From contig OX597817.1 in assembly GCA_951406725.2 (NCBI GenBank), positions 91,884,001-91,948,000 of the forward strand: 64,000 bases of DNA. The letters run 5' to 3'. The translations under genes and the position numbers were made by a program. The DNA is from Octopus vulgaris (Eukaryota). Positions 40,690-51,738 of this stretch are shown here, in pieces (position 1 is the stretch's first letter; every line of letters begins with the position of its first letter). The notes below the pieces were generated by a model. The model saw only the letters and a list, made by a program, of their open reading frames with translations, did not search any database and was not told the DNA's origin.

Positions 40690-42318
40690 TTCGGTAAAGG
40701 GAGAGAGTCTGCTTAGATGAGATGCACTTCGGTTTTGTGCCAGTTAGAAGTGCCACTGATGCTATATTCCTGGTGCAGCAACTGCAGAAGAAATACTTAG
40801 CCACAGATAAACCCCTATACTTGGCTTTTGTGGACTTGGAGAAAGCCTTTGACAGGGTGGGCAATGTGGAAACTGGGGATTGACAAATGGTTAATAAGGA
40901 CTGTACAGGCCCTATAGTGAAGAATTCCAGGTAGAAGTAGGGGTCCACTAAGGATCAGCCCTCAGTCCCCTCTTATTCATCATAGTCCTCCAGGCAATAA
41001 CAGAGGAATTCAAGATGGGTTCCCCCTGGGAGCTCCTCTGCTGATGACCTGGCCTTCATAGCAGAATCACTACCAGAACTAGAGAAGAAATTTCAGATAT
41101 GGAAGCAAGGTTTAGAATCGAAAGGCCTTAGAGTCAATGTTGCAAAGACCAAAGTTCTAGTAAGGAGGAAGGTGAACACATCACACACCCCTTAAGGTAG
41201 GTGGCCCTGCTCGATCTATAGGAAAGGTGTAAGCTATGGACATATAACCTATGGACACATAAGAGGTGCAGCAACATCAAAGGAAGATTAACTGGGAAGA
41301 TAGCTTTCATGTGTAGCAAATGCACAGGGGCAATAAACACTACAGATGTTCAGAAAACAGATTCCATCTCATGCCAGGAGGAGAAACTAGAAGTAGTTGA
41401 TAGCTTCTTGCTACCTAGGTGACCAAGTCTGTAGTGGGGGTGGATGCTCAGAGAGTGTTACCACTAGAATGAGAATAGCCTGGGCAAAGTTCAGAAAGCT
41501 TCTACTTCTACTGGTGACAAAGGGCCACTCACTCAGAGTGAAAGGTAGATTGTGCGATGCATGTGTGTGAAACATGGTCCAAGACACAGCAGTGAAACAT
41601 GGTCCAAGACTGCTGATGGTATGTGTAGGCTTGAAAGAAATGAAACTAGCATGATCCACTGGATGTGTAATGTCAGTGTGCACACAAAACAGAGTGTAAA
41701 CACCCTGAGAGAAATGTTTGACATAAGAAAAACCAGATGTGGCATACAAGAGAGATGTTTGCACTGGTATGGTCATGTGCTACAGATGGATGAGGAGAGC
41801 TATGTGAAGAAGTACCACTCCCAAAACAGTTGAAGGAATCCGGGGTAGAGATAGACCCAGGAAGACATGGGATGAGGTGGTGAAACATGACCTTCGAACG
41901 CTGGGCCTCACAGAGGCAATGAAGAAAGACTGAGACCTCTGGAGATATGCTATGGCTGTGAAGACCCAGCAAATAAAGTGAGTTCACAGCTGTATCCTAT
42001 GCCAGCTTCACATAACCAGCCCACACAAAAGTACCTTGGATTGTAGGGTGACATGCTGTCCTTGAGGAGACCTATTGAGTCAAGTACATCAAAATCAAAA
42101 TCAAATGGAAATTGTAGTTGTTATCCCTGTGCCAGTGGCATGTAAAAAGCACCCACTACACTCTCGGAATGGTTGGCATGAGGAAGGGCATCCAACTGTA
42201 GAGACACTGCCAGATCAGACTGGAATCTGGTGCCGCCTCCTGACTTCCTGGACCCCAGTTGAACCATCCAACCCATGCCAGCATGGAAAATGAATGTTAA
42301 ACGATGATGATGATGATG
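40690..42318 (+). mobile_element. RTE-clade LINE, 5'-truncated and disrupted (RT + 3' UTR + (GAT)n)
   Basis: HFGFVP...TDAIF...AFVDLEKAFDRV; GSALSPLLFIIV; ADDL; LRVNVAKTK; YLGD; LHWYGHVLQM. Confidence 0.92.
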
Positions 42319-42490
42319 TAACCTCCCTTGTAGTCTAGTGGTTAAGATTCCTGGCTTTCAATCAGGTGTCCTGAGTTCAATTCCCAGCATGTGAACATTA
42401 ATTTTCCATGGTGGTGCTCTAGCATAACTGCAGCCACATTGCTGAAATGAGTAAAAGAGTAAAATATACATACACATATATATACATACT

Positions 42491-42540
<50 letters not shown>

Positions 42541-42565
42541 CATATGTACAGATATGTATATATGT

Positions 42566-42604
<39 letters not shown>

Positions 42605-42667
42605 TATGTATATATTTATGTATGTATATATGTGTATATATATATACACACACACACATATATATAT

Positions 42668-42760
<93 letters not shown>

Positions 42761-43212
42761 GTATGTATGTATATATATATGCTAAGGGTTGAACAAAAGA
42801 ACACAACAGAGAGAAAAAAATTAGAAAAAAGCAGAGCAAACAAGAAACTAAATGGAAACTTAACTGATGGAGAATATAGACAAAGACACAATACAAAGAA
42901 TATTCACAGCTGAGTTTTCCTCGTCGGTCAATGAACCAAAATATCATTGTAGTTTCACGCCATTATCAATGAGACCACTCAATCCTGGAGGCACCAGTAC
43001 TGTTATTAAGTTACTGGGAAAAAGCTAGTGAATGTATACTGAGACAGAAACAAACAAGACATTATACAAACACAACAGATGAAGATTTATGCATATATAA
43101 TAACATGAAGACTTATGGCTATATACAACAGAAGAAAAACATAATAATAATTATACAAATATAGATGTATGCGTATGTGGGTGTGTGTGTGTGTGTGTGT
43201 GTGTATAACATA

Positions 43213-43612
43213 CTCTTATTCTTTTACTTGTTTCAGTCATTTGACTGTGGCCATGCTGGAGCACTGCCTTTAGTCAAGCAAATCAACCCCAGGACTTATT
43301 CTTTGTAAGCCTAGTACTTATTCTATAGGTCTCTTTTGCCGAACCGCTAAGTTATGGGGACATAAGCACACCAGCATCAGTTGTCAAGTGATGTTGGGGG
43401 GACAAACACAGACAAACAAACATATACACACTCACACACACATATATATACATATATACGACAGGCTTCTTTCAGTTTCCGTCTACCAGATCCACTCACA
43501 AGGCTTTGGTCGGCCCGAGGCTATAGTAGAAGATACTTGCCGAAGCACACAGTGGGACTGAACCCGGAACCATGTGGTTGGTAAGCAAGCTACTTAACAC
43601 ACAACCACTCCT
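43213..43612 (-). mobile_element. SINE family B, full length
   Basis: tRNA-like head aggagtggttgtgtgttaagtagcttgc...ccgggttcagtccc, central (TG/TA)n, tail gactgaaacaagtaaaaga. Confidence 0.85.
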
Positions 43613-43694
43613 ACACATATATCATCAATAAATCATAAATCTGAAAGTTGTAAAGCACCAGAATATTTAGATAAAGATAGTTATGGCTGATTCA

Positions 43695-43755
43695 AGGGCT
43701 ACCCAGAGTTTTGCATCCATAAAGCACTTAGCTTTACAACATCTCATCAGACCCT
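43695..43755 (-). ncRNA. Degenerate hammerhead motif (G12>A), long stem II
   Basis: AGGGU-CUGAUGA-G...UAAAGC UAAGU GCUUUA...C-AAAA-CUC U GGG-UA-GCCCU. Confidence 0.65.
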
Positions 43756-43778
43756 AATGATGATACACACACACACAT

Positions 43779-43814
<36 letters not shown>

Positions 43815-44459
43815 GGATGTGTGTGTGTGTGTGTGTAAGGTAGAAAAGTAACACACAAGTCAATATGTATAAGGAAAATAAAACAAGATAGAAAATAGTG
43901 AAGTAATTTTATCATGAAGTACATTTTAGTTTCAGTTTCCATCTTTTAGACGTTTTCAACTAAGAGTAAAATAAGAAAAACAATTAAATTGGAGAAAAAG
44001 TTAAGCAAAATGTTTCGTACATATTTCCATAGTCTTTAAATAGGTAAATATTTCCATCATCTTCAGATAGTCTGTCTCTCTCTCTCTATTTCTTTGTGAA
44101 TGCCTTGTAGGTGGATAGCAGTCAATCTGAAGGAACAGTTTGGGTACAGAGAATTGATGGTTTAAGCAAGAGTAGCTGAGGGAGGAGGAAGAGGAGGAGG
44201 AGAAGGAGGGCGACGACGACGACGAGTTGAAGGAGAAGATGAAGGAGGAAGAGAAGTAGAGTAGGGAAAGAAGAAGGCGAAGGAGACAGAAAAGAAAGAA
44301 AAATATAGGAGGGCTGTGATAGTAAATTGTTCATGGAATCTTCTTCAATGGTCAAATGATATAAAAGTGACCTGTTGTGGTTGTAGCTGTAGTGGTTAAT
44401 CTGGGATCTATATACCGTCATCCTCTGACATAGACTGTTTCTAGTTTAACCACTATATT

Positions 44460-45872
44460 GTTTTCACCACCTCAGTAACTCTTTAGGCACCCTCTTAGAA
44501 CCACTCCACAAGCATATCAGAAGCTACATGAGGGACGACCTAGATATGCTCAATCACCTTCAATAAATAAAAACACCCTACTAGTATCATTTGATGAAGT
44601 CAACTTCTATTCCAATATCCCTCACGGCCTAGGAATAGAGGCAATCCAATTCTGGTTAGAGAATTACTCCAATGAACTCCCACACCACATCAACAAAGAA
44701 TTCGAAATAAAAGGGCTAAAATTCATCTTAGAGAATAATTTTTTCATATTCAATGACAACTTCTAGCGACAGAAATTAGGGACTGCGATGGGTACGAGAA
44801 TGCCCCGCCTCCTTTGCTTACCTAATCATGGGGTAGCTAGAAACCAATCTTTATCGTAAGATACTAGAAAAATATGAAAACTCGTTCTCCCTGTACATAG
44901 AAAATAACTGGATAAGATATCTAGATGACTGTTTCATTCTTTGGCACGAAAGTATAGAAAGAGTTAAAGAATTTCAAGCACTTCTTAATAGACTTGACAT
45001 AAACATTCAATTTATGATGGAATATAGTCACCAACAACTTCCATTCCTCGACATCTTTAAGAAATCTAACAACAAAATAGAAACATACATCTACTATAAG
45101 CCCAATGACTCCAAGTAATATCTGCCATTCAACTCTTGCCACCCCAGACACACTAGAATGAATATCCCTTACAAACTGGCAAAAACAATTTGTACTATAG
45201 TATCTGAAACAAGCACCATGGACACACGACTACATGAGCTAAAGGATACACTCATCAGCAGGAACTACCCACCACTACTAATTGATATAGGCTTTCAGCA
45301 TGCCCTACAACTCAACATCCACGAACTCAGACACTTCAGACTAAAGAAGGATTTACAACCAAAAGCCCTACTATACATATCCATGCACAACCCTCTAAAC
45401 AATGAGGTCTTCAACACCATCCTCCAGAACATCCCTTTACTAAAAATAGACCATAGAATGGATCAAATCCTCCAAACGCACACCATCATAATGAGCAAAA
45501 GACAACCCAAGTCAATGAAAAGTCTTCTAACACAGGCCCAAGTACACTGCCCAACAACATCGAAACCAACAGTAAAAAAATGCAGAAGACCTAACTGTGG
45601 TAACTGTCAACCTAATTGAAGGATCAGAATTCTCCTTCAAACAGGGTCAACATTTTACAGTAAAAAACAACTTCACATGTGCTTCGAAAAACCTAATATA
45701 TGTATTAACTTGCTAAGAGTGTTGAGGACAATATACTAGTCAAATTAAAGTCAGTCTAGGCCAGAGGATGACGGTACATAGATCCCAGATTAAAATACGA
45801 GAATACAGAAAAATACGATTAAGCAAGCGCATTGATATTTTCGCCACTAACGAACAACCCAACTTTAGAATT
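44460..45872 (+). mobile_element. Neptune-type PLE remnant (RT, thumb, Cys linker, GIY-YIG), many stops
   Basis: RDDLDMLNHL, LVSFD..NFYSNIPH, GTAMGTR, RYLDDCF, SCHPRHT, KKCRRPNCGNC, FTCASKNLIYVLTC. Confidence 0.9.
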
Positions 45873-45873
45873 T

Positions 45874-45904
<31 letters not shown>

Positions 45905-45909
<5 letters not shown>

Positions 45910-46150
45910 CAAAATGGGACAAGAACGCAAAATATCCAGACAACTAAATGATACAAAAAGGGACAACAAAACATCCAGATAGACGATACAAAAAAAACAA
46001 TGAGGGTCTTTCGAAGATTTCTATCCTCAGTCAAGAACAGGATCATCCTCGCAATTTCGGCTGATTAATCTTGAGATTGCTCCAATCTGGCCAGCCCCAA
46101 GGAAAAACTAAGCTAAGAGCATTACATTCCTTGGAAAAAAGCATTGAATG
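45905..46150 (-). mobile_element. (TA)n-anchored repeat, same family as 9052-9270
   Basis: Shared tgggacaagaacg and gcaatttcggctgattaatcttgagattgctccaatctgg. Confidence 0.65.
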
Positions 46151-46153
46151 TAT

Positions 46154-46631
46154 ATGACCACTAGGTGAATTACTAATATGCCTAAAGTAGACCCCATATG
46201 GTGTGACCACTAAGAAAAATTGTTCTCAAGAAATTTCGGCAAATGCCAGAATGTAAAGCGAGCAAGACAAATGAAAAGATACAAAATATAGTGATTAGTC
46301 ACATACCTAGGTTTCATCGTTACCATTTACATTACGTAAATGTCTGCAAATCCTCCTGAGAGAGAACATGCATGCAGTTCTATCATTTATATTTAGAGGT
46401 ATATTTCAAATGTCTTCGTTTGATATGCTGAAGCCAGAAATGACTCTGCAGAAAATAATTTTCTGCATTGAAACTTGCCAATTAGAGAAATCACTATATT
46501 TTGTGTCTTTTCATTTGTCTTGCTCGCTTTACATTCTGGCATTTGCCGAAATTTCTTGAGAACAATTTTTCTTAGTGGTCAGACCATTTGGAGTCTACCT
46601 TTAGCATATTAGGAATCCACCTGGTGGTTAT
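46154..46631. mobile_element. MITE/foldback-like element with ~143-bp inverted arms
   Basis: 46154-46296 is the reverse complement of 46489-46631, with a near-perfect inner ~90 bp. Confidence 0.8.
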
Positions 46632-47619
46632 TCCTCTTATATGTATGTAATATAAATTTAAATCTTCAGATTTTTTTCAATATGCTAAGCTACTGGTTTA
46701 AATTGATATTAATTTAATTAATATAAATTTTTACCCTTATTGTTTAAATTTATATATATATATAAGTTAGGTTATATTCTGTTAAGAACGTAGTAGAGTA
46801 CACTATAAAGCATATCCATCTTCAGATTTCACCCAGTGCTATCCAGCAGCAGTATTATACATACTGACAGATTTGTGCTGGGGCTTCTGTAGTGTGTGAA
46901 TGGATAATGGAATAAGCTGGAGTTAACAAGAATGAGTACAGAGGAACATATATTTGTAAAGACTACAATTGTTTCCATGCAATTTAGTCCTCCAAGTTTG
47001 TAGGCATTTGGTTATATAGCCATTTTCCTGTATTATGAGATCTAGTTGTGTTTCCTCAGTTAATATATAAATGTTGTTCCCATCTTCTGTAAACTCAAAT
47101 TCTTGGCTTCAAGCACAAGCCATGACAGACAGAAAGAATGCACTCAAAACTGAGAATTTGAGTTTACAGAACACAGAAACTGTCAACGGTCATGGGGCTT
47201 GACCTGAGCAGGAAGCGTGAAAGAGGAAGTGAGAGAAGGAAGATCAGGGTCATCCTCTTTTGCCTTGGGTGCTCATGATCAATGGACGTGAGGCAATAGG
47301 GATGTGAGCTGATAGGGACAGGTACTGGCAGCTGCCATTGTTAGGTGCGTGGGCTGGGCGTGAGCTTTGATTGAGTACAGCTGGATGGCAAAACGATGAG
47401 AAGGTAGGCGAATTGTTTCTTATTTCCCCACATTACAGTTCTTTTGTACAACAAGCTATTTCAGCAATCATGTGAAAGTATATTTCTTCATTGTTGTTAC
47501 CCACTTCCATGGGTTGGCAGTGAAGATAAGAATTAGCAGCAAAGCCATTAGACCTTTCTATGAAGAAGGAGAAGTAGTGGCCTGGATCTATAAGGTCAAA
47601 GTTCTGGCCAGGTTGAAAA

Positions 47620-49100
47620 GCATATATATGTATATGTGAGAAGATAGTTTTTATATGTGGCAAATGCTCAGGTGCTACAAACACTAAAAATGTGCAGAGA
47701 AGAACTTCTGTTACATTCCAGGGAGAAAAACTACAAGTAATTGATAGCTTCTGTTACCTTGAGGACCAAGTCAGTAGCGGGGCTGGATGCTTTGAAAGTG
47801 TAGCTGGGCAGGAGTTCAGAATGCTCCTACCTCTGTTGGTGACAAAGGGCCTCTTGATCAGAGTAAAAGGTAGACTGTATAACATGTGTACGAACAGCCA
47901 TGCTACATGGCAGTGAAACATGGGCTGCGACTGCCTAGGACATGCGTAAACTTGCAAGGAATGAAGTCAGTATGCTCCACTGGATGTATAATGTCAGTGT
48001 GCATACACTACAGAGTGTAAGCACCTGAGAGAAAAGTTGGACTTAAGAAGCATCAGATGTGGTGTGCAAGAGAGACGACTGTGCTGGTATGGTCATATGT
48101 TGCGAATGAATGAGGACAGTTGTGTGAAAAGGCATCACACTCTAGCAGTTGAGGGAACCTGTGGAAGAGGTAGACCCAGGAAGACCTAGGTTGAGGTGGT
48201 GAAGCACGACCTTCAAACATTGAGCCTTACCAAGGCAATGACTAGTGACCGAGGCCTTTGCAGATATGCTGTGCTGGAGAAGACCTGACAAGCCAAGTGA
48301 GACCATAGCCCATGGCCTATGCCAGTGAGTGTCACCAGTCCGTTTATGAGTACCCCTCATTCATTGGACAATAAACTTTGCTTGCGAAGACCTATTGAAG
48401 CAAGTGAAATCAAAATCAAAATCAAAATCGCTGATGTAGCCAATAACAGTACCACCTGATTGGCACTCGTGCCAGTGGAATGTTAAAAGCACATTAAAGC
48501 ATGGGGTGTAACCAGCCCACTTATTAGTACCCCTCATTCATTGGACAATAAACTTTGCTTGCGAAGACCTATGGAGGCAAGTGAAATCAAATCAAAATCG
48601 CTGATGTGGCCGATGACAGTACCACATGATTGGCACTTGTGCCAGTGGAATGTTAAAAGTACATCCAAGCGTGATCGTCACCAGGGCCACAGATTGCCTC
48701 CCAGTCCAGTGGCATGTAAAAAGCACCATTCGAGCGTGATCGTTGTCAGCGTCACCTTACTGGCACTTTTGCCGGTGGCACACGTAAAACAACATTCGAG
48801 CATGGTCATTGCCAGTGCTGCTGGACTGGCTCCCATACAGGTAGCACATAAAAAATACCTTTTGAGCATGGTCGTTGCCAGAACCACCTAACTGGCCCTC
48901 ATGCCAGTGGCATGAAAAAGCACCCACTACACTCTCAGAGTGGTTGGTATTAGCAAGAGCATCCAGCTGTAGAAACTTTGCCAGATCTGATTGAGCCTGG
49001 TGCAGCCTTCTGGCTCACCAGTTCTCAGTCAAACCAACCAACCCATACCAGCATGGAAAGCAGACGTTAAATGACGACAATGATGATGATGATTATGATG
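47620..49100 (+). mobile_element. RTE LINE 3' portion with amplified 3' UTR repeats
   Basis: GEKLQVIDSFCYLEDQ...LLPLLVTKGL...LCWYGHMLRM; (GAT)n tail; homologous to 41300-42318. Confidence 0.88.
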
Positions 49101-49699
49101 ATGTATCTATGTATGCATTTTGAGTAATAATAATGTTTAGTATATATATGTGTTCTCATCGTCATCATTATCCTCATCATCATTTAGCGTCCATTTTCCA
49201 TGCTGGCATGGGTTGGATGATTTGACAGGGGCTGGTTAAGCAGAACTGCACCAGGCTTCACTCACTGTTTTGGCAGGGTTTTTATGATGGGATGCCCTTT
49301 CTAACACCATGTATCATCATCCTATATCAGCATTAATTTAGAAATGAGAGCAGTGATGGACAATTTGCAGTCAACAAGTGTTTTTACTTTCCTTGCAATA
49401 ACATATTGACATCATTTAATTTGATGAATATATTGCTAAGGAATTCTGGTTTAAGTAACCCTTGTAACCTCTCATAACTTTTTGATTTTTGGGAATTTTC
49501 AAAAATGTTTGGAGAATTTATTTTTTAGACACAGGAATACATACAATCATTCTTTCCCCCACTTTCAATGTCCACTCTTTCTCAAAATTCTTCATTCCAA
49601 ATCATTGTTTCAAAATATGGACAGTCCAAGTCTGCCACCTGCCTCTGTTTATAATTGCAAATAATTTTCAGATAAAAAGATGTATGATTTAAGGGAGAT

Positions 49700-51230
49700 A
49701 TAGCTGATGTTTTGAGCACATACTACAACCATCTGGTACCATTCTCGACCTTTTGTTGTAAATGTGACATGCATCATTATACTCTCATGTCCAGGAGTTG
49801 TATGTCATCGTGTTTTCTTCCTAGAATCCTTCATAGATTTAATATCCAGATGAAATATTTCTCTCTTTGCTCATCACCAAGATTTTCAGGCAAGGAGTCA
49901 AGGTGTGAATTTAAGAAATTTAATTTGAGGACATATGACAATCCATACCTTCGTAAGCCTCAATCTTGACTTCATCTATAAAATAAACAGATTAGAAATA
50001 AAAAATGGATAAATGTAATTTCCTAAGAAGTTAAGATAGACCCATTTGAAAGTATGTTAAGTTTTTAGTTCAGGTATTGTGTTTCAGTAAATGTTTTAAT
50101 ACTTCTCAAATTTGAAGTCCTCATTAATGTTTGTGGTATATTATTTTAGAAGTATTTCTGAGTGAATTTGAAATACTCTAGAATTTTTTTTTTATGCATG
50201 ACCTTAAAAGTATCTTCTTAATAAACAAGTTTAATATGAACAGATGATAAAAATATTGGTTCAGTTCAACTAAAACAACTGAAAGAATGTTACTTCTTGT
50301 TGGAATATATAATTATCTGGTTAGATATTCTCTTCTGTTATAATACTTTGTAAGAGTGTGACTGTCCCGCAGGCATAGAAAATAGTAAAAGCAGTAGCAT
50401 TTGATGATTCCCTCTTGTGTACCCATTAACATAGCAATTACTTTAAGATTTCCACAAAGATTCCAGTGGCAACCATTGTATTGAACTGCATTAAAAAGGA
50501 TCTTCATGTTAACATCAGATTATTTGAAATGCACTGAATGAGCAATGGGGATAGATAGTTTTAAATCTCCATTATGCAATGCATGAGCTTTTAAGTTTGA
50601 TAGAAATGATACTATAAAAAGTCATTCACTTACAACATGCCTTTTAGATAAATTTTCCAAATGTCCATTAATGTCATAACAATAACAGAAAGGATCATTC
50701 TTTTAAAACTAAATAAACTCCAAATCGAAATTTCATTTTCTATAGTAACCTATTGTTACATTTTGTTCAAGCACATCACATCCTGTCAAATGAGATACAT
50801 AAAGTTTTACTTTAACTTTTGACAGTTCTGAATCCCTCATAAGATTGCTGAAACTTTCTTTTACAGAAAGATTTAAATCAATGCTCTCCTGCATAGATCC
50901 TGACAAATGTCAAAAAAGCATGATCAATATTTGCACCATCATTAATATGTAGTTCTTTTTGTATGGATTTGAACCTGTCATGGGAAGGAACAGGAATAGA
51001 CAGTGTTTCATTATGTGATATAGATATATGAGTGCACAATAAGTTGGAGGAAACCAATTTTGTGTCTACCTTTGAAGAAAATCTATTAAGACATTAGAAA
51101 AATAGGAATCTGTAAGATGATCTTTCTACTCCTTCCAAATCATTTGCACAGCAAAAACTATTGAGGGCATCTTTCTCTTCAACCAATCATGCAAAAACAT
51201 ACTGTGGAAAATTCACAAGGTGCCAATGAC
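49700..51230 (-). mobile_element. Highly decayed DNA transposase, Chapaev3/CMC-like
   Basis: FAVQMIWKE.KDHLTDSYF; IAHSVH; WNLCGNLKVIAMLMGTQEG; HIKL; NLGDEQREIFHLDI. The family label is from memory. Confidence 0.6.
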
Positions 51231-51366
51231 TTATTTTGGTCACCTATACTGATGATACATGCATATTTTAAGTAGGAGCAGGCATACCTGTGTGGTTAAC
51301 AAGTTTGCTTCATATGTCATCATCGTCGTCATCATTTAATGTTTGCTTTCCATCCCAGCATATATA

Positions 51367-51605
51367 TATATAATTTAAAGTTAGCACAAAGCATGAGGAT
51401 GCGGAAACAGCAAGGACTTGTTTAGAAATAGGAGGTAAATTCCTAATTCAACTGCCGGAAAGCACCAAATAATATATACATATATAATCGTTTATTCTGT
51501 TGTTTGGTGCTTTTCAGTGGTTGAATTAAGAATTAAGCTCCTATTTCTAAACAAGTCCTTGCTGTTTCCGCATCCTCATGCTTTGTGCTAACTTTAAATT
51601 ATATA
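51367..51605. repeat. Foldback with ~105-bp inverted arms at (TA)n
   Basis: 51367-51472 vs 51500-51605; the outer ~65 bp is perfectly complementary. Confidence 0.85.
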
Positions 51606-51738
51606 GCTATATAATGCTTGCCCGTTACTGCTATTAACATTATCATTTAAAAATATTCACCGCAGATGATATTAACAGTAATAACATCTTATTTCATGTG
51701 TAAACGCTCAAATGCTTTTGCTTATATATATATATATA

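Noticed and set aside
44005-44075. CUGAAGA...GAAAC on the minus strand
   Set aside because: Neither stem I nor stem II pairs convincingly.
48660-48930. Repeat-spacer pattern resembling CRISPR
   Set aside because: Degenerate tandem units within an RTE 3' UTR, in eukaryotic context with no cas genes.
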